NCBI RefSeq assembly: GCF_001194135.2 | Contig: NC_068981.1 | Coordinates: forward strand, 95,105,048 to 95,169,047 | From: Octopus bimaculoides | Taxonomy: Eukaryota | DNA: 64,000 nucleotides | Direction of reading: 5' to 3' | Shown here: piece after piece, positions 12,721 to 25,182 of the stretch | How the letters are laid out: each line of letters opens with the position of its first letter | How positions within the stretch are numbered: the stretch's first letter is position 1 | Program-made: the position numbers and the translations under genes | Notes under the pieces: model-generated | Database searches by the model: none | Seen by the model: the letters and a program-made list of their open reading frames with translations, nothing else | What the model was told of the DNA's origin: nothing

Positions 12721-14658
12721 GGAGGCTGGGAGGTATAATGTATCTATATTTGGGTATCTTACCTAATATGTTTCTATTGAATCTATATCTGCTACCTGCC
12801 CAGCCTCTTGATAGCCTCTCATCTTTCTCTGCCCAACCCCTTGACATAATTATCTACTATTTATTCTTTGGGTCATGTAGAATTGGGCAAATAGACACAC
12901 TGTAAAGTAGTGAGGAACCTTTAGTCTTACAAGGCACAAAGCAAACAATTTCGTGTTAGTGTCACAATAAAATACATCAAGTACACTTTGTAAAGTGGTT
13001 AGCAATTGAGTGGAGATGATATAGGTTCAAGAGGACTCGTTATTCTTGTCAAGGACATGAACATTTCTAGTGCTGGTGCTTTGATAAAATGAAGGTGTTC
13101 AGTTGCAGAATCCAAGTAAAAAAAGGAAATGAATGAGTGAAATGTGGTCCTCTAACCTTTCTAGAAGGGCAGAAACTTTAAATTGGAACTGACTTGGGTT
13201 GTGATGGCCAGTCCAACCCATATTAAAATGAACAGTGGATGCAAAATGATGATGAAATAACATTTGGTATCCATAACTTAAAAAAACCTTAAAAATCCAT
13301 AAACTTAAAAGATCCTAATAATACAACTTCATCACTTATATTAAATCTATTGAAAGTTAGAAAGTTACAACTCATAGCTACAATTTCTTATTGACTTAGT
13401 TTTATTTACTGTATATACATTTTTTTTTACATTCATAATCTTCCAGGAAACAAATGTTATGATATATCAGGCAAAATTTGAATAGGATATATTAATTTAG
13501 AAAAGCAAATGAATAAAATACTTTTAAGATTACGATATCTTCATTTCTTATAACCAGGGCATGAAAATGATCTTTTGCAGTGTTACTTTAGATAGTCTTA
13601 CTTTGTACCATCCAAATTTATCTTGCAGTACCAGATGTTTAAATGTCACCAAGAATATTTATCTTATCACTGACTTTCTACATTTACATTTCTAGTGCAA
13701 ATATATCACTAATGTACAAGAGTATTTGTATAGCATATTTTTGCTCCTTTATTATAGTTCAAATGACATGAAATGCATACAAAATGTTTTTAAAAAAGTG
13801 AAAATCAAATTTTGATTTTAAGCACTGCAAATATCAGGTACCATGAAAAACTAAAGTCCATTAAGATACACACATGTATAGTGTGTGTGTATGTATATAT
13901 AACATTAAAGCATGTAAGAATAATGAATATTCAATACGTATGGAGTATTTTAATTATTAACTTTTGGGATATGAAATAGTGTAATTCATTTAGAATTATA
14001 TTACTAAAGTTCAATTGAGTTTGTTTTGTTTTGGATGGAATAGAATATAAAAGCTTTCACTTTTATATAAATAACTATGGAAGACTGGTGGGAATATTAT
14101 CTGTATGGACTTAAAGGGCTAGCTTGCTATTTAGTTAGATAATTTTAGGAGTTGGTTATAGGTTTACTTATAGAATTATTAATTTACTGAGGCTGTTTTT
14201 GTACATAGGGTAAATGTGGTTTCTTTGTTGTAGTTAAATTATTAATGTTAGTGTGTAATCCTTCCTAGAATTAAGATTGAATGAATGTGGTGATATCTAA
14301 GGTATGTTTGTTCCCAAACAACACTTATTTTAGTGCTGTTGACACCACTGGATTGAATGATATTGCCCAAGTGTCGAAACCATAGTGATATCCGTGGGGC
14401 AGCTGATCATGGAGTCATGTTGGATTACTGGTATGGCTGTTATTGATATATATATATATATATATATAAACTTACTTGGAAATGGCGTTCAATCATATAA
14501 TAATAATATTGTGGTTCCTGACCGATTACATGTGTGTTGAAGGCTTGCTATGGAATTTATATTTAGATATATTTGGGGTACTTATGTGTACTCATGACTT
14601 TTGCTTCTGCTTTTTTCCATGGGTGCTTGTAAGTATTTCATTTATTTTTTTATCATAT

Positions 14659-14717
14659 TCTCTGCTGATGAGTGGAAAAATCGGTTGGATTAATCCCGAA
14701 ATCGCTTGACTCAGAGA
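14659..14717 (+). ncRNA. Decayed type I hammerhead ribozyme motif (Penelope-type)
   Basis: tctctg-CTGATGA-[stem II]-ccc-GAAA-tc gctt ga-c-t-cagaga; 6-bp stem I intact; U16.1 appears mutated to C. Confidence 0.5.
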
Positions 14718-14954
14718 TAATGAATTTTTAAAAAAATTCTGTTAGCTTGCTTTCCTTGTTTTCAACAAGGCATGTATTTATAGTGATGTATATTGTATGT
14801 GGTGATTGATGCTTTAAAGTCTATTTCTCAGCATATTGGCATAGAATTTTTTTCTTTTGCCCTTATTTATAATTGTTTAAAATATATATANNNNNNNNNN
14901 NNNNNNNNNNNNNNNNNNNNNNNNNNNNNNNNNNNNNNNNNNNNNNNNNNNNNA

Positions 14955-15174
14955 AAACAACATGAAATACAAAGACAAACAACAAGAGAAACAAATGGAA
15001 AACAAGACAAGCAACATAAAGAACGACTCTTCATCAACTGTCGGCTGTCCATCTATTCCTCATTTCGAGCATTTATACTAATGAAGGGTCGTTCTTTATG
15101 TTACTTGTCTTGTTTTCCATTTGTTTCTCTCGTTGTTTGCATACCCAAGTTTGTCTTTGTATTTCATGTTGTTT
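14955..15174. repeat. Long inverted repeat (~80-bp arms, 46-bp spacer)
   Basis: Arms 14955-15034 and 15081-15174; the right arm has an extra ~14 bp. Confidence 0.9.
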
Positions 15175-15415
15175 ACATTCTGTGGCGTCCTGTACCCATA
15201 TATGCATATATATATATATACATATATATGTATGTACATGCATGTATGTATATATGCATATATATATATATATATGCAGTAATGCCTAGATATACAAGTT
15301 AATTTGTTCCCAGAGAATGCTCGTTAAGCAAAAACTTGTAAACAGGAAATAGAACTTGTAAAACCTTGTAAACTCAGGGTCTCATAAAACAGGTCCTCAT
15401 AAAGTGAGGTGTGTA

Positions 15416-15469
<54 letters not shown>

Positions 15470-15830
15470 GGCAAGGTCATCAGGATGAATGATGAACAGA
15501 TTCCTCATCAAATCTTCTTCAACTGGCAACTGGGGAAAGACATAGAAGAGCCCCACTTCAACAACACAAAGATAAGCTAAAGTCAACTCTGAAGCAGATC
15601 AGCTTCAGCCCCACCGGCTTTTGAGATGACTGTAACCAACTGTCCAGACTACCAACAGAACGTAAACAATAATGTAATATCGTTTGAAAAAGAAAGAAAA
15701 AAGAGAGGGAAAGACAATGACAATGGAAGGCCAAATAGCAGCAACCATGACCAACTCTGACATTCACATGTGGCCAATGTAATTCTGTATTCTATGTGAG
15801 GATTGTCCTTATTAGCCACATTTGTCACTG
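15470..15830 (+). mobile_element. RTE LINE 3' end with C-terminal C2H2-like finger
   Basis: Frameshifted peptides W-GHVIRMNDEQIPHQIF..QHKDKLKSTLKQ..FTCGQCNSVFYVRIVLISHI. Confidence 0.7.
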
Positions 15831-15889
15831 GCAGTAATGGTCCAAATATTTGTCCAGAAGGAGAAATCAACCCCTAGATTTGAGGGATG

Positions 15890-16155
15890 AGTCAGGTCCT
15901 TGATAACTAAGAGCCTCTCTCTCAGAGTGAAAGGCAGATTGTATAATGTCTGTGTATGTACGGCTATGTTATATAGCAGTGAAACATGGGCTTTGTCTAC
16001 AGAGGACTTGTGAAGGCTTAAAAGAAATGAAGCTAGCATGCTCCACTGGATGGGTAATGTCAGTGTGCATACATGGCAGAGAGTAAATGATGTAAGAGAA
16101 AAACTGTGTGTAAGAGGTATTAAATGTGTGCAAGAGAGAAGACTGTGATGGTTAT
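15890..16155 (+). mobile_element. RTE-clade LINE RT C-terminal fragment
   Basis: LITKSLSLRVKGRLYNVCVCTAMLYSSETWALSTEDL*RLKRNEASMLHWM. Confidence 0.85.
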
Positions 16156-16239
16156 TTTATAAATTTTTTTATTATTTTGAAAATTGAAACAAGGTAGAAA
16201 TTTGGTAATAAAAGGGTTAAAATAATTTCTTACACAAGC

Positions 16240-16682
16240 ACAAGACTAGAAATGTTTTGAGAGCATGAGGGAATAGTTGATTATATTGACCCCATACTTA
16301 ACTGATACTTTATTTCATCAATCCCAGAAAGATGAAAAGCAAAGTTGACTGTGGTAGGATTTCAACTTAAACATGAAGTACCTAAACAAATAAAACAAGG
16401 CATTTGTCTGACACAAAATGTGTCTACCAAACCATTGCCCTTAAATATCATTAAAATTGTTTCAAATTTTGGCACATGGCCAGCAATTTTAAGAAAGGAG
16501 GTAAATAAGTCAATTACACTGACCCCAGTGTTCAACTGGTACTTATTTCATTAACCCTGAAAGGATGAAAGGTAAAGATAATTTTGGTGGAATTTAAACC
16601 CAGCAAGTAAAGAACTAGAAGAAACACAGCTGCTAAGCATTTTGTCCAATTTACTAATGGTTCTACCAATTCACTACCTTAA
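16240..16682 (-). mobile_element. Two head-to-tail SINE family B copies
   Basis: Heads at ~16682 and ~16443 on minus strand; cttaaatatcattaaaat repeated at 16440-16457 and 16678-16695. Confidence 0.8.
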
Positions 16683-17756
16683 ATATCATTAAAATAATTA
16701 AAATAAAAATGAGATGTATTTGAAATTTAAATGTTTGGATATTTTAAAAAATAAACAAACTTCATTTGAAGAAAAAAAATAAAAACTAGGTTAAAAATTT
16801 TGGTTGGAAATACTCATGCAACAAAAAAAAAAAAGAAAAGAAAAAAGAAAACTTACTGAAGTACATTTAAACAAAGGATATATATATCATCATTATTATT
16901 TGATAAAATAAGTATCAGTCAAGCACTAGGGTCGGTGTATTCAACTAGCCCCTTCCCCCAAAATTTCAGTCCTTGTGCCAATAGTAGAAAAGATTGTTAT
17001 TATTATCATTGAGCATACTTTTGTATGGAACAGAAACATGGACTCCCTACAATAGACATATAAAGAAACTTGAAACCTGTGCAATATCTGCAACATAAAA
17101 TGGCAAGATAAGATATCAAATGTCAAAATCTTAGAAAAATGTGATATCTCCAGTTTTCAAAGCATGCTGCTGAGTGCAGATGGGTGGGACATGTTGTTTG
17201 AATGAAAGATGACCATGTTTCAAAAGAAGTGGAGGGATACTTGCGGTAAAGGAAGACTTATCCTTAGGTATAAGGATAAGGTGAAGCAATCACAAAAATC
17301 ACTATGGCTTAACTTGACATCTTAGGAAGGTCATTGCCCAGATCAATCTGCATGGCATAAAGTGTGTTATGATACATCAAAACAATAGGAGTTGAAGAAA
17401 CAGAACAATAAAAAAATTTTATCCTGCAATCAGCAGACACACTTGTCCAATCCCAAGTAAAATCAAAAGCATTGTGACTTCATAGCAAAATCCATACTTG
17501 GACTCGAATTACATTCACACATCTATTGCAAATAAATGCAGCTTCAAAAGTTGTTTTCTCTTTTCCTTGCTTTTTTGTTTTGTTTCTTTAAATCCACTCC
17601 TTCAAACACTCATATGTTAAAACTGATGGGAGCAACCATCATCATTATCATTATTATTATTATTATTAACACTAAAAGTAAAAAACAAAATGATTTGCAA
17701 GGAAAGAGTATGTCAAAAAGCATTTCTCTACTTTTTTTTTAAATACCAGTTCTATA

Positions 17757-17965
17757 GGTACAGGTGTGACTGTGAGGTAAGAAGCTTGCTTCCCAACCAC
17801 ATGGTTCAGTACTGTGTGGCACTTTGGGCAAGTATCTTCTACTATTGGGCAAGTATCTTCTACTACTTTGGGCAAGTATCTTCTACTGGCCAGTTCCTAT
17901 CAAACTGTCCAACCCATGCCAGCACAAAAAGCAGATATTAGACATTAAACGATGATGATGATGAT
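17757..17965 (+). mobile_element. SINE A head with triplicated 21-mer joined to an RTE-type tail
   Basis: Head caggtgtgactgtgaggtaagaagcttg; (tgggcaagtatcttctacta)x3; tail caaactgtccaacccatgcc..(gat)n. Confidence 0.75.
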
Positions 17966-18094
17966 TCAACTACTTTTCTTTAGAGTTAAACTGTAATTTT
18001 TTTACATGTACTGTTACTAAAAGAACAAGTAAATTTCAAATTTCCCCTCAAAGTGTGGGGTTTTACATTGTTCAGAATAAATCATGAATTAGAG

Positions 18095-18163
18095 CAGGGG
18101 TTTTCAAACTGTGGTCTGCAGACAGCAAATACTTTTTATGGTCAAAAAGTTTGAAAACCCCTG
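18095..18163. mobile_element. 69-bp hAT mini-MITE
   Basis: 15-bp perfect TIR caggggttttcaaac / gtttgaaaacccctg; perfect 8-bp TSD aattagag. Confidence 0.92.
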
Positions 18164-18739
18164 AATTAGAGGGTGGTACTGCTGTGCAACAGAAAGGTCT
18201 TCTAAATCTAGAATTTGGTCTGGATTCCTAGTGCTGCTTTGAATCATACATTAATAACCCGAGAAAAGATTTTAATGTCGTAACTTTGCATTTCTTGTCA
18301 ATTTTATAACAAAAGGAATTTTGATCATGAGAGAAATATTTATACTAATTTTAAAATCTCTTAAATCAGAGAAAACATTTTTGAAAAAAATATCTTTAAC
18401 CATTGTCCATAAACTTGTTAGAAAGCTTGCCTAATGTGCTAGTTTCATTTAACTCTTCTGTAACCAAATTTCTAATAAAATACACTATTTGTGCGTTTCA
18501 ATTAATTTGAAATTAAAAGTTTGAAGAGATTTGATAAAATAACCTTTTTCATTATTAAATATAAAATATAATTAACAAAATTTTTTTATATAACTTATGA
18601 TGGAAGGATGTTGACATGAACACTTTAATGTGAGCTTTGTATTATATTTAGAACCAGAGGTAGTCTCAGAAGTGTTGGTGCCAAAAGGATTAAAAAAGAG
18701 CCAAAGCTTGGGGAACTTTTTTTTAGAAATTATGCATAT

Positions 18740-19067
18740 CTTTTTTAAAGTTACCAGCGTTGCCGTCTCGCACTTGTGCTGGTGGCATGTTAGAAAATTA
18801 TTCAAGCAAGGTCGTTGCCAGTGCCGCTGGACTGGCTCCTGTGCAGGTGGCACGTAAAAAACACCTTTTTGAGCGTGGCTGTTGCCAGTACCGCCTGACT
18901 GGCCATCTACACTCTCAGAGTGGTTGGCGTTAGGAAGGGCATCCAGCTGTAGAAATTCTGCCAAATCAGATTGGAGCCTGGTTCAGCCTTATGGCTTGCC
19001 AGTCCTCAGTGAAATCGTCCAACCCATGCTAGCATGGAAAGCAGACGTTAAACGATGATGATGATGA
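18740..19067 (+). mobile_element. RTE-tail repeat
   Basis: gagtggttggcgttaggaagggcatccagctgtagaaa...gacgttaaacgatgatgatgat. Confidence 0.8.
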
Positions 19068-19999
19068 AAAATCAGTAGCGTTCAAATTTGTTAACTCTCC
19101 ATTAACACTATTTTATTTTTGAAACTTCTGTGCCTAAGCCAAGTGAAAAGGCTATTTTGTTTCAAGGTATGTTCAATTTATTTCTATCAGGATTACAACA
19201 GTTGAATTTATTGTTTCCATGAAGTAGCCACATAAAGACAAAAAAATACCAACAAAAAAGCTTGTGACATATTTTACCAGTTCACTAATGCAATAATTTA
19301 GTACTTGGCTTGTATAACTAAAATCATTCTAATAAATGTAATTGTCTATTTTCAATTGTTATATCCATTTCTTTCAAAAGGCAATTTACTACAAGTTGTA
19401 ACATTTGAGAGATATCCTGTAAAGGTATGATTCTATGCTACAACAATTTCATTTAAATTAGAGAGTTAATGGAATGCTTTTATCAACCAGTAGTTTAACA
19501 TAGAGACATAAAAACTTAAAGAGAACAATACCATAGTCTGATCATTTTTAAGAGGATTAATTGTAGAACACTAAGCAAATATGCAACTTACAAGTCAGTT
19601 ATCATCATCATTGTTTTAACGTCCACTTTATCATGTTTGCATGAGTTGGATGAAACGTTTTTGAGACAGACTTTTTTTTTTACAGGGAGATGCCCTTCCT
19701 ACTGCCAACTTTCACCTGTTTCCAAGTATTGTAATATTTCTTCATGACCAGACATGGCTGAAACTATAATTTCTGTTATGTTTTCATATATTGTCATCAT
19801 AGTTAGACAGTTCTATATAAATGCACAATTCCAAGATGCTCTGTTATAAATCAACTCATCGATAATGGCATCAATTTCCAAGTTCACTCTAATTAATCCC
19901 ATTCAATTATTCTCTGACCTGTCATTCTGTATATTACAGTACTCCCCCACCCTAATGGAACAAGCTGGATATCATTTTCACATTGAATATCCATTAGAT

Positions 20000-20296
20000 C
20001 AGGGGTTTTCAAACTTTTTGACTTGCGGACCCCTTTATATTTCAGGCTTTACCTTAGGGACTCCCTTATAAATGCTTATGAAATTTATACATAAATATTT
20101 GCTTAAAATAACATATTTTTATATTTATTTATTTAACAGCATTTAACAAAATAGGTTTACTGTCAATTAAAAAATTTCGATTAAAAAACATATATAAAAT
20201 CAAATTGTCTATAAAAAGTATTTGCTGTCCACGGACCCCCCTGTCTTGTCCTTGCGGACCCCCTGTGGTCCGCGGACCACAGTTTGAAAACCCTTG
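20000..20296. mobile_element. hAT MITE, 297 bp, same family as the element at 18095
   Basis: TIR caggggttttcaaac / gtttgaaaacccttg; perfect 8-bp TSD cattagat. Confidence 0.92.
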
Positions 20297-21044
20297 CATT
20301 AGATAATACTCAGCTCCTTCCACTCCATTTGTTTTGTAACCTCTACTTCCATTGCTCAAGTTTTGCTGCTAAACAGCAACACATATTCAACAACTGCATT
20401 ACAGTCATTCTTTCAAACAGAGGTAAAAAATTACTTTACCATAATAAAAGGCAACAAATTCTTTACTTTCTTCCATTCACTTCATATTCTGGACATTATT
20501 AACAAAACAGCTTTCTTTAGGATTTAGTAACAAAACACTTAATGAAAAATTATTTAATACAAAACTTCTATAAACGAGAACTGAAATTAACATTCATCTA
20601 AGTTAGAAACAGTTCTACAATGAATTTAAGCATCAATATTCCCTGAACTTATATATTGTTATTTATTTTCTATGAAGACTTTAAAATTAGCATAATTTAA
20701 CTCCTCACTTTTTTTAAATTCCAAAATATTTTAAAATAAATCACAGATAACACTTGTGGGCGAGCATGAATTATTCATAATACACAACGGAAAATTTAGA
20801 CTATACAGAACACTGAATAAAAACATGAGCTTGTAATTTATTGAAATTATATTGTCACACTTGCATAAAAGTTGCAAATGTCATAAGTTTGAAAGGATAT
20901 ATTTATTCCAAAGACATCACAGTTAGCTAATCAGAATAAAGAAATTAAACATAACATTAACCACTCACTAGTGTTATTCAAAATTAGGCAAATGTCAGTC
21001 AATTCTAACAAACTAGTTTTGTCTTCTATTTTCTGAGTGAGTGA

Positions 21045-21078
<34 letters not shown>

Positions 21079-24000
21079 TTTAGAATTACTAGAATATACA
21101 GGAATTTCAAATTTTGTCAAAGATCAGATGCTATGAAATATAATTTGAAAATTCCAAACCCCAAAATTATTAACTTAAGTTCTTAATAAATAAATGGAAA
21201 CGTGATATCAGACTATAAACACTGAATTCAAATATTATTGAGAATTACTTTAGCCTTCATCTCTTCAGGGTCAATAACATAAGTAGCAATAATGTATAGA
21301 GTGGGGTGAGTCAACTGACTCTACACCCTGTCATAAATTTGCAGTCTTATGACATTGTAACAAATCAATAAATGAGTGGAAATAGCAGAAGAATGGATTA
21401 GATGCTCTTCAATATTTGGTTTGTATTTGTTTCAAAGTTTAAATACATGTATAAGTATGTCTTACCTTCTTATAAAGTGGATAAAAAGGATGCCGGTTTT
21501 ATAATGGTGCTTATTTAACTGTCCATGTACACTTTTCTTTGTATCAAGTTAAAAGGAAGGTGTTAATAATTACAATACATTTCTCAACACACCTACTATC
21601 TAGGTGATCTTAGTATGGAATTGTGTGATCAGTAAGTAGTCTTAGTGCAATGCCCCAAAGAAATGATTATGAGGAAACACTCCTAGAAATTGCTTGTGTG
21701 CTGTACTTATCTACTGCAGTAGAGGTAAGTGCAAAATAATAAATCTGCCCACTTCTGTTCAATCCTACATCTTATGATTATGAATAATACACTATATATT
21801 TCCACTAATTCAATGTTTACTCTCATGGTATGTTTACTGAATTACCTAGGTTTGTAGTCTGTATGAAGACTCTTACATACATAATCACATTGCTGCAAAA
21901 GAACAATGATTACAACTGAAGGTAATTATCAGGTATAGTAATCTAAAAACAAATTAAGTATATGTTGCAGTGACAGTTATACAGTTTATGAACAGTAAAC
22001 TAAATTTTGTAACACATCCTATTAACATTTTATACAAAGTATTCTTGAGTGTTTTGAGGAAATTAAAAAGGAAACGGGACATGGTAAATATAAATGTTAT
22101 CTAATGCTAAATAACAGGATTTCTATGAGAGAGGGAATAAACAAAAAAATAAAGCTATGGAAGGGCGTTTCTTTCCTAAGTATATAAAATATAAAAGTGG
22201 TTTCAAAATTTACTTGACCGAAATTGTATAAGAAAACTGATTCTACTCATCTTCACATGAAGAAGCACTGAGCATCAAGTTAATATCTGTTAAGTGCTTC
22301 ATTTGTGAGGTTGGGATTATTGTTATGGAAATTTCTTTCCAAAGTACTTAGAACACAAAAGGCTTGATTATATATTTGACTAATACTATAGAAAATAATT
22401 AATTCATATTCACATGAAGAGGCACCGAACTTCATGTTTATCTATCACAAGAGCTTGATATGTGAAGTTGGGATAATTGATATTAAAGAAGGATATGACC
22501 TTCATCATATGAAAAATCTGAAAAAAAATTGAGTTAAAAATAACTGTAAACATGCTTGAAGTTTGTTTTCTAAGTACTTCAAATATAAATGTAGTTTTGT
22601 AACTGAAAAGTATCACAGTGGAGAGTAGACATGTACAGTAGAATAGAAATGGTCTTTGACATGTACAGCAGAAGAGAAATGTTCTTTCATATCTTTCTAT
22701 GAAGAACTGAACTTCAAATTCATATCTAATGCTAAGTGCTTGATTATTATTATTAGTAGTAGTAGTAGCAATAAAGGATATGGTTTAGATATATATAAGA
22801 TGAAAAATCTGTAAATACTGAAGTGAATCATCGATTAGCCTCTTACATTGGACAGTAAATCTGAGATACTCAACAACTGTCCTAAGATATATTGAAGTTG
22901 ACAAGAGCATTTGTTAAAATACTGAGCTAACAATATCAACAAATGGGATTTTTGCCCTTTCAACACACAAGTTTACGATTACCAGAATGCTAGTTTAGAT
23001 CGTAAAAAAAAATTTGGAATTTGTATTTTAACCAAGACTAAAAGAATCATCAATCCTGCTCCTGTATTGAATTGAATAATAAAAACAGGTATCCTCTAAA
23101 CTACTATAAATGTACTTTTAGTTCTCAGAAGGCTTTGTTTCCGATAATATCTCTATCAGTAAAGAAAACGTGAGAAGCAGTAGTAAGGAATTTATTAATG
23201 CAGTGAATGAAAATATAATTGTTTATTACATATTCTTAAAATACCAAATTTGATTAAGCAGGGTACAATCGAATCGAAGTTAAATTTTAATGTGATGACA
23301 CATTCAAAGTCGGGTGGGATACAAGATTTTAATGATTTGGCAATCATCTCTTAGGAAATGCAGAGGAGGGAGAAAATTTGCTGATATTTGAGAAGAGAAT
23401 GAATAGATACATATACAAACATGAACATTAAGAATACAGCACACACAAATACAGCAATCCAAAGTTGTGAAGGACAGAAGTTGTATAACTTTGAAGTATG
23501 ATGCAGATATTGAGTATATAATAATCATTCTTATGTTTCCTTCCTGAAATAACGAATCAGTCACAATATACTTCTAAATAAGAAATCATTCTGAAAAAGT
23601 AATTGAAAGTAAATGTAACAGAGGAAACGACTTTGGTAAAACAGGAAGGGTCCAATTATGTTTAGATTCCATAAATTGCCGTTATTATGTATTTCAAGAA
23701 TAGTTGAGTTGCAAAGTGATGATGTCAAGGTCTTGAAGAAAGTAGCAACAAGAAGTTGTTTGTACTTCGGTAACATTTTTAAACAAAATAATTTAGTGGA
23801 ATTTCTCAGACGCCTATACGAAACTATAAGGATGAGGGTTATGAATCTATCACCAGAATTCTTTTTTAAAAAATGTAGCTTTTCTAGAATTTCAGTGGAA
23901 TTTCGTCGACAACAATACGAACAATTAACGGATTATAAATCTATTAGTATTAGCTTCACTAAAATTTCAGCAGCATCTTAAATCAAATGCTTCAAGGAAC

Positions 24001-24425
24001 GAAAAAAGGAAAATAATTTGTCGATACGGACTTTGCTGGTAAAAAACACACACCACGCATAAAAAAACTCTAATAACGAAGAAGAAATCACACACAAATA
24101 AAGCAATCGAAAGCGAAGAAGTTGGCAAAGACAAAAGTTGTATAACTTTGAAGAGTGATGCAGATGCTGGGAATTGAGTGTGAAGAGTGATGGAGAGAGA
24201 GAGAGAGGGACAGAGATTACAGAGAGGTGGGGGAGGGGGGAAGAATTGTCACCAGTAGCGCTGGGACAGTTAATTATCGATACTTTATAAAGATATTATA
24301 AGCAACACAGATAACTAACACAACATACTATAACTGAAATTCAGAATTTAAGAATCTAAAACATATACAGTAAAGAATGGATAGAAACAGTTCTTAAGAA
24401 TAGAAATTTGTATTAAAATACTTAC

Positions 24426-24720
24426 ATGAGACAACTCTACGATCATACGTGTATTTATATATTTATATATACATAAATATTTTGTGTATATATTTCAAAT
24501 AAACATATATGCGGGCTGAGTATTTTTTTTTTCTTTTAAAAAAATATGTTGAATTTTTGTTAGAGAAATTCGTTCATGTCAAATCACAGCAGCCGTCTAT
24601 TTAATAAGGTTGATATTGGAGAGAATTACGGCGTCTAGTCTAAGCAGAACACTTAATATGGCGATGCGGCTGACGTACCGGATGTGATGGCAAGGAGGCA
24701 GGGGTGTTGACTTATATGTT
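24426..24720 (-). promoter_or_regulatory. Putative housekeeping-type promoter and first exon
   Basis: CpG-rich patch at the edge of the CpG-depleted domain; AATATGGCG (YY1-like) 24655-63, TGACGT 24671-76, CCGGATGT (ETS-like) 24678-85; minus-strand donor CAT|GTAAGT at 24426/24425. Confidence 0.35.
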
Positions 24721-25150
24721 AGAAGAACATCTATGTGTCCGTGAGCTGTGAGTGACGTATACGTACAAACATATATATATATATTTTCTATAACACAGCA
24801 AGGGAAAGAAAAAGGGGGAGAAAGCGAGATGGCTATATCGAATGAGATAAAGCCAACGATTACTGCAAACAAACGTATAACTGTTATTTACACGCGGGTC
24901 AATTATTACTATTTTCTCCTTAATGGACACACACACACACGCACACACACACACGCACACACACGCGCACACACACACATACACATACACGTGTATTTTA
25001 TATACATACATGCATCATAAAGACTTACATACATGCATACATATACTCACATAATAACAATGAAAAATTTTGAGTACGGCATTCAGTACATCATCCTTTA
25101 GCTTTCTACACACACACATCACACACAAACACAGACACACACAGACACAG

Positions 25151-25182
<32 letters not shown>

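Noticed and set aside
15030-15090. Hammerhead in the spacer of the 15-kb fold-back (GAAA upstream of TGATGA on minus strand)
   Set aside because: Stem II closing pair and stem III cannot form.
21600-21730. Plus-strand exon candidates with GTAAGT donors (MPQRNDYEETLLEIACVLYLSTAVE)
   Set aside because: Weak acceptors, no recognisable homology, and conflict with the minus-strand model; such signals arise by chance in AT-rich DNA. RNA-seq could revive this.
23658-23981. 107-aa plus-strand ORF near the CpG boundary
   Set aside because: No recognisable domain; length is within chance expectation.
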